In this document: in pieces, positions 26,201-39,950 of the stretch | How the letters are laid out: each line of letters opens with the position of its first letter | Position numbering within the stretch: position 1 is the first letter of the stretch | Source of the DNA: the human T2T-CHM13v2.0 reference genome, Homo sapiens | Assembly (NCBI RefSeq): GCF_009914755.1 | Contig: NC_060926.1 | Length of the DNA stretch: 64,000 bases | Reading direction: 5' to 3' (one strand) | Program-made: the position numbers and the translations under genes | Notes under the pieces: generated by a model | Told to the model about the DNA's origin: nothing | What the model saw: only the letters and a program-made list of their open reading frames with translations | Databases searched by the model: none

Positions 26201-29200
26201 GTGGACATTTGGAGCGCTCTCAGGACTGCGGTGAAAAAGGAAATATCTTCCAATAAAAGCTAGATAGAAGCAATGTCAGAAACTTTTTCATGATGTATCT
26301 ACTCAGCTAACAGAGTTGAACCTTCCTTTGAGAGAGCAGTTTTGAAACACTCTTTTTGTGGAATCTGCAAGTGGATATTTGTCTAGCTTTGAGGATTTCG
26401 TTGGAAACGGGATTGTCTTCATATAAACTCTAGACAGAAGCATTCTCAGAAGCTTCATTGGGATGTTTCAATTGAAGTCACAGTGTTGAACAGTTCCTTT
26501 CATAGAACAGGTTTGAAACACTCTTTTTGTAGTATCTGGAAGTGGACATTTGGAGCGCTCTCAGGACTATGGTGAAAAAGGAAATATCTTCCAATAAAAG
26601 CTACATAGAAGCAATGTCAGAAACTTTTTCATGATGTATCTACTCAGCTAACAGAGTTGAACCTTTCCTTTGAGAGAGCAGTTTTGAAACACTCTTTTTG
26701 TGGAATCTGCAGGTGGATATTTGTCTAGCTTTGAGGATTTCGTTGGAAACGGGATTACATATAAAAAGCAGACAGCAGCATTCCCAGTAACTTCTTTGTG
26801 ATGTTTGCATTCAAGTCACAGAGTTGAACATTGCCTTTCATAGAGCAGGTTTCAAGCACTCTTTTTGTAGTATCTGGATGTGGACATTTGGAGCGCTTTC
26901 AGGCCTATGGTGAAAAAGGAAATATCTTCCCCTGAAAACTAGACAGAAGCATTCTCAGAATCTTATTTGTGATGTGCGCCCTCAACTAACAGTGTTGAAG
27001 CTTTCTTTTGATAGAGCAGTTTTGAAACACTCTTTTTGTAAAATCTGCAAGAGGATATTTGGATAGCTTTGAGGATTTCGTTGGAAACGGGATTGTCTTC
27101 ATATAAACTCTAGACAGAAGCATTCTCAGAAGCTTCATTGGGATGTTTCAATTGAAGTCACAGTGTTGAACAGTCCCTTTCATAAAGCAGGTTTCAAACA
27201 CTCTTTTTCTAGTATCTGGATGTGGACATTTGGAGCGCTTTCAGGCCTATGGTTTAAAAGGAAATATCTTCCCCTGAAAACTAGACAGAAGCATTCTCAG
27301 AAACTTATTTGTGATGTGCGCCCTCAACTCACAGTGTTGAAGCATTCTTTTGATAGAGCAGTTTTGAAACACTCTTTTTGTGGAATCTGCAAGTGGATAT
27401 TTGTCTAGCTTTGAGGATTTCGTTGGAAACGGGATTACATATGAAAAGCAGACAGCAGCATTCCCAGAAACTTCTTTGTGATGTTTGCATTCAACTCACA
27501 GAGTTGAACATTCCCTTTCATAGAGCAGGTTTGAAACACTCTTTTTGTAGTATCTGGATGTGGACATTTGGAGCGCTTTCAGGCCTATGGTGAAAAAGGA
27601 AATATCTTCCCCTGAAAACTAGACAGAAGCATTCTCAGAAACTTATTTGTGATGTGCGCCCTCAACTAACAGTGTTGAAGCTTTCTTTTGATAGAGCAGT
27701 TTTGAAACACTCTTTTTGTAATATCTGCAAGAGGATATTTGGATAGCTTTGAGGATTTCGTTGGAAACGGGATTAATTATAAAAAGCAGACAGCAGCATT
27801 CCCAGAATCTTGTTTGTGATGTTTGCATTCAAGTCACAGAGTTGAACATTCCCTTTCAGAGAGCAGGTTTGAAACACTCTTTTTATAGTATCTGGATGTG
27901 GACATTTGGAGCGCTTTCAGGCCTATGGTGAAAAAGGAAATATCTTCTCCTGAAAACTAGACAGAAGCATTCTCAGAATCTTATTTGTGATGTGCGCCCT
28001 CAACTAACAGTGTTGAAGCTTTCTTTTGATAGAGCAGTTTTGAAACACTCTTTTCGTAAAATCTGCAAGAGGATATTTTGATAGCTTTGAGGATTTCGTT
28101 GGAAACGGGATTGTCTTCTTATAAACTCTAGACAGAAGCATTCTCAGAAGCTTCATTGGGATGTTTCAATTGAAGTCACAGTGTTGAACAGTCCCTTTCA
28201 TAGAGCAGGTTTGAAACACTCTTTTTGTAGTATCTGGAAGTGGACATTTGGAGAGATCTCAGGAATACGGTGATAAAGGAAATATCTTCCAATAAAAGCT
28301 AGATAGAAGCAATGTCAGAAACTTTTTCATGATGTATCTACTCAGCTAACAGAGTTGAACCTTTCTTTTGAGAGAGCAGTTTTGAAACACTCTTTTTGTG
28401 GAATCTGCAAGTGGATATTTGTCTAGCTTTGAGGATTTCGTTGGAAACGGGATTACATATAAAAAGCAGACAGCAGCATTCCCAGTAACTTCTTTGTGAG
28501 GTTTGCATTCAAGTGACAGAGTTGAACATTCCCTTTCATAGAGCAGGTTTGAAACACTCTTTTTGTAGTATCTGGATGTGGACATTTGGAGCGCTTTCAG
28601 GCCTATGGTGAAAAAGGAAATATCTTCCAATAAAAGCTACATAGAAGCAATGTCAGAAACTTTTTCATGATGTATCTACTCAGCTAACAGAGTTGAACCT
28701 TTCTTTTGAGAGAGCAGTTTTGAAACACTCTTTTTGTAAAATCTGCAAGAGGATATTTGGATAGCTTTGAGGATTTCGTTGGAAACGGGATTGTCTTCAT
28801 ATAAACTCTAGACAGAAGCATTCTCAGAAGCGTCATTGGGATGTTTCAATTGAAGTCACAGTGTTGAACAGTCCCTTTCATAGAGCAGGTTTGAAACACT
28901 CTTTTTGTAGTATCTGGATGTGGACATTTGGAGCGCTTTCAGGCCTATGGTTTAAAAGGAAATATCTTCCCCTGAAAACTAGACAGAAGCATTCTCAGAA
29001 ACTTATTTGTGATGTGCGCCTTCAACTAACAGTGTTGAAGCATTCTTTTGATAGAGCAGTTTTGAAACACTCTTTTTGTGGAATCTGCAAGTGGATATTT
29101 GTCTAGCTTTGAGGATTTCGTTGGAAACGGGATTACATATAAAAAGCAGACAGCAGCATTCCCAGAAACTTCTTTGTGATGTTTGCATTCAAGTCACAGA

Positions 29201-32200
29201 GTTGAACATTCCCTTTCATAGAGCAGGTTTGAAACACTCTTTTTGTAGTATCTGGATGTGGACATTTGCAGCGCTTTCAGGCCTAAGGTGAAAAAGGAAA
29301 TATCTTCCCCTGAAAACTAGACAGAAGCATTCTCAGAAACTTATTTGTGATGTGCGCCCTCAACTAACAGTGTTGAAGCTTTCTTTTGATAGAGCAGTTT
29401 TGAAACACTCTTTTTGTAATATCTGCAAGAGGATATTTGGATAGCTTTGAGGATTTCGTTGGAAACGGGATTGTCTTCATATAAACTCTAGACAGAAGCA
29501 TTCTCAGAAGCTTCATTGGGATGTTTCAATTGAAGTCACAGTGTTGAACAGTTCCTTTCATAGAACAGGTTTGAAACACTCTTTTTGTAGTATCTGGAAG
29601 TGGACATTTGGAGCGCTCTCAGGACTACGGTGAAAATGGAAATATCTTACAATAAAAGCTACATAGAAGCAATGTCAGAAACTTTTTCATGATGTATCTA
29701 CTCAGCTAACAGAGTTGAACCTTTCCTTTGAGAGAGCAGTTTTGAAACACTCTTTTTGTGGAATCTGCAAGTGGATATTTGTCTAGCTTTGAGGATTTCG
29801 TTGGAAACGGGATTACATATAAAAAGCAGACACCAGCATTCCCAGAATCTTCTCTGTGATATTTGCATTCAAGTCACAGAGTTGAACATTCCCTTTCATA
29901 GAGCAGGTTTCAAACACTCTTTTTGTAGTATCTGGATGTGGACATTTGCAGCGCTTTCAGGCCTAAGGTGAAAAAGGAAATATCTTCCCCTGAAAACTAG
30001 ACAGAAGCATTCTCAGAAACTTATTTGTGATGTGCGCCCTCAACTAACAGTGTTGAAGCTTTCTTTTGATAGAGCAGTTTTGAAACACTCTTTTTGTAAT
30101 ATCTGCAAGAGGATATTTGGATAGCTTTGAGGATTTCGTTGGAAACGGGATTGTCTTCATATAAACTCTAGACAGAAGCATTCTCAGAAGCTTCATTGGG
30201 ATGTTTCAATTGAAGTCACAGTGTTGAACAGTCCCTTTCATAGAGCAGGTTTGAAACACTCTTTTTGTAGTATCTGGAAGTGGACATTTGGAACGCTCTC
30301 AGGACTGCGGTGAAAAAGGAAATATCTTCCAATAAAAGCCAGATAGAAGCAATGTCAGAAACTTTTTCATGATGTATCTACTCAGCTAACAGAGTTGAAC
30401 CTTTCTTTTGAGAGAGCAGTTTTGAAACACTCTTTTTGTGGAATCTGCAAGTGGATATTTGTCTAGATTTGAGGATTTCGTTGGAAACGGGATTACATAT
30501 AAAAAGCAGACAGCAGCATTCCCAGTAACTTCTTTGTGATGTTTGCATTCAAGTCACAGAGTTGAACATTCCCGTTCATAGAGCAGGTTTGAAACACTTT
30601 TTTTGTAGTATCTGGATGTGGACATTTGGAGCGCTTTCAGGCCTATGGTGAAAAAGGAAATATCTTCCAATAAAAGCTACATAAAAGCAATGTCAGAAAC
30701 TTTTTCATGATGTATCTACTCAGCTAACAGAGTTGAACCTTTCTTTTGAGAGAGCAGTTTTGAAACACTCTTTTTGTGGAATCTGGAAGTGGATATTTGT
30801 CTAGTTTTGAGGATTTCGTTGGAAACGGGATTACATATAAAAAGCAGACAGCAGCATTCCCAGTAACTTCTTTGTGATGTTTGCATTCAAGTCACAGAGT
30901 TGAACATTCCCTTTCATAGAGCAGGTTTGAAACACTCTTTTTGTAGTATCTGGATGTGGACATTTGGAGCGCTTTCAGGCCTATTGTGAAAAAGGAAATA
31001 TCTTCCCCTGAAAACTAGACAGAAGAATTCTCAGAATCTTATTTGTGATGTGCGCCCTCAACTAACAGTGTTGAAGCTTTCTTTTGATAGAGCAGTTTTG
31101 AAACACTCTTTTTGTAAAATCTGCAAGAGGATATTTGGATACCTTTGAGGATTTCGTTGGAAACGGGATTGTCTTCATATAAACTCTACACAGAAGCATT
31201 CTCAGAAGCGTCATTGGGATGTTTCAATTGAAGTCACAGTGTTGAACAGACCCTTTCATAGAGCAGGTTTGAAACACTCTTTTTGTAGTATCTGGATGTG
31301 GACATTTGGAGCGCTTTCAGGCCTATGGTTTAAAAGGAAATATCTTCCCCTGAAAACTAGACAGAAGCATTCTCAGAAACTTATTTGTGATGTGCGCCTT
31401 CAACTAACAGTGTTGAAGCATTCTTTTGATAGAGCAGTTTTGAAACACTCTTTTTGTGGAATCTGCAAGTGGATATTTGTCTAGCTTTGAGGATTTCGTT
31501 GGAAACGGGATTACATATAAAAAGCAGACAGCAGCATTCCCAGAAACTTCTTTGTGATGTTTGCATTCAAGTCACAGAGTTGAACATTCCCTTTCAGAGA
31601 GCAGGTTTGAAACACTCTTTTTGTAGTATCTGGATGTGGACATTTGGAGCGCTTTCAGGCCTATGGTGAAAAAGGAAATATCTTCCCCTGAAAACTAGAC
31701 AGAAGCATTCTCAGAATCTTATTTGTGATGTGCGCCCTCAACTAACAGTGTTGAAGCTTTCTTTTGATAGAGCAGTTTTGAAACACTCTTTTTGTAAAAT
31801 CTGCAAGAGGATATTTGGATAGCTTTGAGGATTTCGTTGGAAACGGGATTGTCTTCATATAAACTCTAGACAGAAGCATTCTCAGAAGCTTCATTGGGAT
31901 GTTTCAATTGAAGTCACAGTGTTGAACAGTCCCTTTCATAGAGCAGGTTTGAAACACTCTTTTTGTAGTATCTGGAAGTGGACATTTGGAGCGCTCTCAG
32001 GACTGCGGTGAAAAAGGAAATATCTTCCAATAAAAGCTAGATAGAAGCAATGTCAGAAACTTTTTCATGATGTATCTACTCAGCTAACAGAGTTGAACCT
32101 TCCTTTGAGAGAGCAGTTTTGAAACACTCTTTTTGTGGAATCTGCAAGTGGATATTTGTCTAGCTTTGAGGATTTCGTTGGAAACGGGATTGTCTTCATA

Positions 32201-35200
32201 TAAACTCTAGACAGAAGCATTCTCAGAAGCTTCATTGGGATGTTTCAATTGAAGTCACAGTGTTGAACAGTTCCTTTCATAGAACAGGTTTGAAACACTC
32301 TTTTTGTAGTATCTGGAAGTGGACATTTGGAGCGCTCTCAGGACTATGGTGAAAAAGGAAATATCTTCCAATAAAAGCTACATAGAAGCAATGTCAGAAA
32401 CTTTTTCATGATGTATCTACTCAGCTAACAGAGTTGAACCTTTCCTTTGAGAGAGCAGTTTTGAAACACTCTTTTTGTGGAATCTGCAGGTGGATATTTG
32501 TCTAGCTTTGAGGATTTCGTTGGAAACGGGATTACATATAAAAAGCAGACAGCAGCATTCCCAGTAACTTCTTTGTGATGTTTGCATTCAAGTCACAGAG
32601 TTGAACATTGCCTTTCATAGAGCAGGTTTCAAACACTCTTTTTGTAGTATCTGGATGTGGACATTTGGAGCGCTTTCAGGCCTATGGTGAAAAAGGAAAT
32701 ATCTTCCCCTGAAAACTAGACAGAAGCATTCTCAGAATCTTATTTGTGATGTGCGCCCTCAACTAACAGTGTTGAAGCTTTCTTTTGATAGAGCAGTTTT
32801 GAAACACTCTTTTTGTAAAATCTGCAAGAGGATATTTGGATAGCTTTGAGGATTTCGTTGGAAACGGGATTGTCTTCATATAAACTCTAGACAGAAGCAT
32901 TCTCAGAAGCTTCATTGGGATGTTTCAATTGAAGTCACAGTGTTGAACAGTCCCTTTCATAAAGCAGGTTTGAAACACTCTTTTTGTAGTATCTGGAAGT
33001 GGACATTTGGAACGCTCTCAGGACTGCGGTGAAAAAGGAAATATCTTCCAATAAAAGCTAGATAGAAGCAATGTCAGAAACTTTTTCATGATGTATCTAC
33101 TCAGCTAACAGAGTTGAACCTTTCTTTTGAGAGAGCAGTTTTGAAACACTCTTTTTGTGGAATCTGCAAGTGGATATTTGTCTAGATTTGAGGATTTCGT
33201 TGGAAACGGGATTACATATAAAAAGCAGACAGCAGCATTCCCAGTAACTTCTTTGTGATGTTTGCATTCAAGTCACAGAGTTGAACATTCCCTTTCATAG
33301 AGCAGGTTTGAAACACTTTTTTTGTAGTATCTGGATGTGGACATTTGGAGCGCTTTCAGGCCTATGGTGAAAAAGGAAATATCTTCCAATAAAAGCTACA
33401 TAAAAGCAATGTCAGAAACTTTTTCATGATGTATCTACTCAGCTAACAGAGTTGAACCTTTCTTTTGAGAGAGCAGTTTTGAAACACTCTTTTTGTGGAA
33501 TCTGGAAGTGGATATTTGTCTAGTTTTGAGGATTTCGTTGGAAACGGGATTACATATAAAAAGCAGACAGCAGCATTCCCAGTAACTTCTTTGTGATGTT
33601 TGCATTCAAGTCACAGAGTTGAACATTCCCTTTCATAGAGCAGGTTTGAAACACTCTTTTTGTAGTATCTGGATGTGGACATTTGGAGCGCTTTCAGGCC
33701 TATTGTGAAAAAGGAAATATCTTCCCCTGAAAACTAGACAGAAGAATTCTCAGAATCTTATTTGTGATGTGTGCCCTCAACTAACAGTGTTGAAGCTTTC
33801 TTTTGATAGAGCAGTTTTGAAACACTCTTTTTGTAAAATCTGCAAGAGGATATTTGGATACCTTTGAGGATTTCGTTGGAAACGGGATTGTCTTCATATA
33901 AACTCTACACAGAAGCATTCTCAGAAGCGTCATTGGGATGTTTCAATTGAAGTCACAGTGTTGAACAGACCCTTTCATAGAGCAGGTTTGAAACACTCTT
34001 TTTGTAGTATCTGGATGTGGACATTTGGAGCGCTTTCAGGCCTATGGTTTAAAAGGAAATATCTTCCCCTGAAAACTAGACAGAAGCATTCTCAGAAACT
34101 TATTTGTGATGTGCGCCTTCAACTAACAGTGTTGAAGCATTCTTTTGATAGAGCAGTTTTGAAACACTCTTTTTGTGGAATCTGCAAGTGGATATTTGTC
34201 TAGCTTTGAGGATTTCGTTGGAAACGGGATTACATATAAAAAGCAGACAGCAGCATTCCCAGAAACTTCTTTGTGATGTTTGCATTCAAGTCACAGAGTT
34301 GAACATTCCCTTTCAGAGAGCAGGTTTGAAACACTCTTTTTGTAGTATCTGGATGTGGACATTTGGAGCGCTTTCAGGCCTATGGTGAAAAAGGAAATAT
34401 CTTCCCCTGAAAACTAGACAGAAGCATTCTCAGAATCTTATTTGTGATGTGCGCCCTCAACTAACAGTGTTGAAGCTTTCTTTTGATAGAGCAGTTTTGA
34501 AACACTCTTTTTGTAAAATCTGCAAGAGGATATTTGGATAGCTTTGAGGATTTCGTTGGAAACGGGATTGTCTTCATATAAACTCTAGACAGAAGCATTC
34601 TCAGAAGCTTCATTGGGATGTTTCAATTGAAGTCACAGTGTTGAACAGTCCCTTTCATAGAGCAGGTTTGAAACACTCTTTTTGTAGTATCTGGAAGTGG
34701 ACATTTGGAGCGCTCTCAGGACTGCGGTGAAAAAGGAAATATCTTCCAATAAAAGCTAGATAGAAGCAATGTCAGAAACTTTTTCATGATGTATCTACTC
34801 AGCTAACAGAGTTGAACCTTCCTTTGAGAGAGCAGTTTTGAAACACTCTTTTTGTGGAATCTGCAAGTGGATATTTGTCTAGCTTTGAGGATTTCGTTGG
34901 AAACGGGATTGTCTTCATATAAACTCTAGACAGAAGCATTCTCAGAAGCTTCATTGGGATGTTTCAATTGAAGTCACAGTGTTGAACAGTTCCTTTCATA
35001 GAACAGGTTTGAAACACTCTTTTTGTAGTATCTGGAAGTGGACATTTGGAGCGCTCTCAGGACTATGGTGAAAAAGGAAATATCTTCCAATAAAAGCTAC
35101 ATAGAAGCAATGTCAGAAACTTTTTCATGATGTATCTACTCAGCTAACAGAGTTGAACCTTTCCTTTGAGAGAGCAGTTTTGAAACACTCTTTTTGTGGA

Positions 35201-38200
35201 ATCTGCAGGTGGATATTTGTCTAGCTTTGAGGATTTCGTTGGAAACGGGATTACATATAAAAAGCAGACAGCAGCATTCCCAGTAACTTCTTTGTGATGT
35301 TTGCATTCAAGTCACAGAGTTGAACATTGCCTTTCATAGAGCAGGTTTCAAACACTCTTTTTGTAGTATCTGGATGTGGACATTTGGAGCGCTTTCAGGC
35401 CTATGGTGAAAAAGGAAATATCTTCCCCTGAAAACTAGACAGAAGCATTCTCAGAATCTTATTTGTGATGTGCGCCCTCAACTAACAGTGTTGAAGCTTT
35501 CTTTTGATAGAGCAGTTTTGAAACACTCTTTTTGTAAAATCTGCAAGAGGATATTTGGATAGCTTTGAGGATTTCGTTGGAAACGGGATTGTCTTCATAT
35601 AAACTCTAGACAGAAGCATTCTCAGAAGCTTCATTGGGATGTTTCAATTGAAGTCACAGTGTTGAACAGTCCCTTTCATAAAGCAGGTTTGAAACACTCT
35701 TTTTGTAGTATCTGGAAGTGGACATTTGGAACGCTCTCAGGACTGCGGTGAAAAAGGAAATATCTTCCAATAAAAGCTAGATAGAAGCAATGTCAGAAAC
35801 TTTTTCATGATGTATCTACTCAGCTAACAGAGTTGAACCTTTCTTTTGAGAGAGCAGTTTTGAAACACTCTTTTTGTGGAATCTGCAAGTGGATATTTGT
35901 CTAGATTTGAGGATTTCGTTGGAAACGGGATTACATATGAAAAGCAGACAGCAGCATTCCCAGTAACTTCTTTGTGATGTTTGCATTCAAGTCACAGAGT
36001 TGAACATTCCCTTTCATAGAGCAGGTTTGAAACACTTTTTTTGTAGTATCTGGATGTGGACATTTGGAGCGCTTTCAGGCCTATGGTGAAAAAGGAAATA
36101 TCTTCCAATAAAAGCTACATAAAAGCAATGTCAGAAACTTTTTCATGATGTATCTACTCAGCTAACAGAGTTGAACCTTTCTTTTGAGAGAGCAGTTTTG
36201 AAACACTCTTTTTGTGGAATCTGGAAGTGGATATTTGTCTAGTTTTGAGGATTTCGTTGGAAACGGGATTACATATAAAAAGCAGACAGCAGCATTCCCA
36301 GTAACTTCTTTGTGATGTTTGCATTCAAGTCACAGAGTTGAACATTCCCTTTCATAGAGCAGGTTTGAAACACTCTTTTTGTAGTATCTGGATGTGGACA
36401 TTTGGAGCGCTTTCAGGCCTATTGTGAAAAAGGAAATATCTTCCCCTGAAAACTAGACAGAAGAATTCTCAGAATCTTATTTGTGATGTGCGCCCTCAAC
36501 TAACAGTGTTGAAGCTTTCTTTTGATAGAGCAGTTTTGAAACACTCTTTTTGTAAAATCTGCAAGAGGATATTTGGATACCTTTGAGGATTTCGTTGGAA
36601 ACGGGATTGTCTTCATGTAAACTCTACACAGAAGCATTCTCAGAAGCGTCATTGGGATGTTTCAATTGAAGTCACAGTGTTGAACAGTCCCTTTCATAGA
36701 GCAGGTTTGAAACACTCTTTTTGTAGTATCTGGATGTGGACATTTGGAGCGCTTTCAGGCCTATGGTTTAAAAGGAAATATCTTCCCCTGAAAACTAGAC
36801 AGAAGCATTCTCAGAAACTTATTTGTGATGTGCGCCTTCAACTAACAGTGTTGAAGCATTCTTTTGATAGAGCAGTTTTGAAACACTCTTTTTGTGGAAT
36901 CTGCAAGTGGATATTTGTCTAGCTTTGAGGATTTCGTTGGAAACGGGATTACATATAAAAAGCAGACAGCAGCATTCCCAGAAACTTCTTTGTGATGTTT
37001 GCATTCAAGTCACAGAGTTGAACATTCCCTTTCAGAGAGCAGGTTTGAAACACTCTTTTTGTAGTATCTGGATGTGGACATTTGGAGCGCTTTCAGGCCT
37101 ATGGTGAAAAAGGAAATATCTTCCCCTGAAAACTAGACAGAAGCATTCTCAGAATCTTATTTGTGATGTGCGCCCTCAACTAACAGTGTTGATGCTTTCT
37201 TTTGATAGAGCAGTTTTGAAACACTCTTTTTGTAAAATCTGCAAGAGGATATTTGGATAGCTTTGAGGATTTCGTTGGAAACGGGATTGTCTTCATATAA
37301 ACTCTAGACAGAAGCATTCTCAGAAGCTTCATTGGGATGTTTCAATTGAAGTCACAGTGTTGAACAGTCCCTTTCATAGAGCAGGTTTGAAACACTCTTT
37401 TTGTAGTATCTGGAAGTGGACATTTGGAGCGCTCTCAGGACTGCGGTGAAAAAGGAAATATCTTCCAATAAAAGCTAGATAGAAGCAATGTCAGAAACTT
37501 TTTCATGATGTATCTACTCAGCTAACAGAGTTGAACCTTCCTTTGAGAGAGCAGTTTTGAAACACTCTTTTTGTGGAATCTGCAAGTGGATATTTGTCTA
37601 GCTTTGAGGATTTCGTTGGAAACGGGATTGTCTTCATATAAACTCTAGACAGAAGCATTCTCAGAAGCTTCATTGGGATGTTTCAATTGAAGTCACAGTG
37701 TTGAACAGTTCCTTTCATAGAACAGGTTTGAAACACTCTTTTTGTAGTATCTGGAAGTGGACATTTGGAGCGCTCTCAGGACTATGGTGAAAAAGGAAAT
37801 ATCTTCCAATAAAAGCTACATAGAAGCAATGTCAGAAACTTTTTCATGATGTATCTACTCAGCTAACAGAGTTGAACCTTTCCTTTGAGAGAGCAGTTTT
37901 GAAACACTCTTTTTGTGGAATCTGCAGGTGGATATTTGTCTAGCTTTGAGGATTTCGTTGGAAACGGGATTACATATAAAAAGCAGACAGCAGCATTCCC
38001 AGTAACTTCTTTGTGATGTTTGCATTCAAGTCACAGAGTTGAACATTGCCTTTCAGAGAGCAGGTTTCAAACACTCTTTTTGTAGTATCTGGATGTGGAC
38101 ATTTGGAGCGCTTTCAGGCCTATGGTGAAAAAGGAAATATCTTCCCCTGAAAACTAGACAGAAGCATTCTCAGAATCTTATTTGTGATGTGCGCCCTCAA

Positions 38201-39950
38201 CTAACAGTGTTGAAGCTTTCTTTTGATAGAGCAGTTTTGAAACACTCTTTTTGTAAAATCTGCAAGAGGATATTTGGATAGCTTTGAGGATTTCGTTGGA
38301 AACGGGATTGTCTTCATATAAACTCTAGACAGAAGCATTCTCAGAAGCTTCATTGGGATGTTTCAATTGAAGTCACAGTGTTGAACAGTCCCTTTCATAA
38401 AGCAGGTTTCAAACACTCTTTTTGTAGTATCTGGATGTGGACATTTGGAGCGCTTTCAGGCCTATGGTTTAAAAGGAAATATCTTCCCCTGAAAACTGGA
38501 CAGAAGCATTCTCAGAAACTTATTTGTGATGTGCGCCCTCAACTAACAGTGTTGAAGCATTCTTTTGATAGAGCAGTTTTGAAACACTCTTTTTGTGGAA
38601 TCTGCAAGTGGATATTTGTCTAGCTTTGAGGATTTCGTTGGAAACGGGATTACATATGAAAAGCAGACAGCAGCATTCCCAGAAACTTCTTTGTGATGTT
38701 TGCATTCAACTCACAGAGTTGAACATTCCCTTTCATAGAGCAGGTTTGAAACACTCTTTTTGTAGTATCTGGATGTGGACATTTGGAGCGCTTTCAGGCC
38801 TATGGTGAAAAAGGAAATATCTTCCCCTGAAAACTAGACAGAAGCATTCTCAGAAACTTATTTGTGATGTGCGCCCTCAACTAACAGTGTTGAAGCTTTC
38901 TTTTGATAGAGCATTTTTGAAACACTCTTTTTGTAATATCTGCAAGAGGATATTTGGATAGCTTTGAGGATTTCGTTGGAAACGGGATTAATTATAAAAA
39001 GCAGACAGCAGCATTCCCAGAATCTTGTTTGTGATGTTTGCATTCAAGTCACAGAGTTGAACATTCCCTTTCAGAGAGCAGGTTTGAAACACTCTTTTTA
39101 TAGTATCTGGATGTGGACATTTGGAGCGCTTTCAGGCCTATGGTGAAAAAGGAAATATATTCTCCTGAACACTAGACAGAAGCATTCTCAGAATCTTATT
39201 TGTGATGTGCGCCCTCAACTAACAGTGTTGAAGCTTTCTTTTGATAGAGCAGTTTTGAAACACTCTTTTCGTAAAATCTGCAAGAGGATATTTTGATAGC
39301 TTTGAGGATTTCGTTGGAAACGGGATTGTCTTCTTATAAACTCTAGACAGAAGCATTCTCAGAAGCTTCATTGGGATGTTTCAATTGAAGTCACAGTGTT
39401 GAACAGTCCCTTTCATAGAGCAGGTTTGAAACACTCTTTTTGTAGTATCTGGAAGTGGACATTTGGAGAGATCTCAGGAATACGGTGATAAAGGAAATAT
39501 CTTCCAATAAAAGCTAGATAGAAGCAATGTCAGAAACTTTTTCATGATGTATCTACTCAGCTAACAGAGTTGAACCTTTCTTTTGAGAGAGCAGTTTTGA
39601 AATACTCTTTTTGTGGAATCTGCAAGTGGATATTTGTCTAGCTTTGAGGATTTCGTTGGAAACGGGATTACATATAAAAAGCAGACAGCAGCATTCCCAG
39701 TAACTTCTTTGTGAGGTTTGCATTCAAGTGACAGAGTTGAACATTCCCTTTCATAGAGCAGGTTTGAAACACTCTTTTTGTAGTATCTGGATGTGGACAT
39801 TTGGAGCGCTTTCAGGCCTATGGTGAAAAAGGAAATATCTTCCAATAAAAGCTACATAGAAGCAATGTCAGAAACTTTTTCATGATGTATCTACTCAGCT
39901 AACAGAGTTGAACCTTTCTTTTGAGAGAGCAGTTTTGAAACACTCTTTTT
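23300..39950 (+). repeat. 5777-bp (34-monomer) offset duplication whose second copy is expanded by an internal triplication
   Basis: Offsets 23299/29076, 23979/29756 and 25462/31239 = 5777. Downstream offsets 27163/38378, 27643/38858 and 28346/39561 = 11215 = 5777+2x2719. Shared markers: CTTACAAT, GATATTTGC, CTAGATTTG, CATAAAAG, CTAGTTTTG, CTATTGTG, GATACCTT, CTACAC. Confidence 0.85.
30253..38409 (+). repeat. Tandem triplication of a 2719-bp 16-monomer unit
   Basis: ORFs at 31239, 33958 and 36677 (and 31454, 34173, 36892) are spaced exactly 2719 bp. The CATAAAGC marker at 32962, 35681 and 38400 and EcoRI variants near 31025, 33744 and 36463 show the same spacing. Confidence 0.92.

Noticed and set aside
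30253-38409. Assignment to chr20 D20Z2 because of the 16-mer (2.7 kb) period
   Set aside because: The 16-mer period is local (3-4 copies) and built from the same four monomer types. The rest of the window lacks that period, so a 4-mer array fits better.
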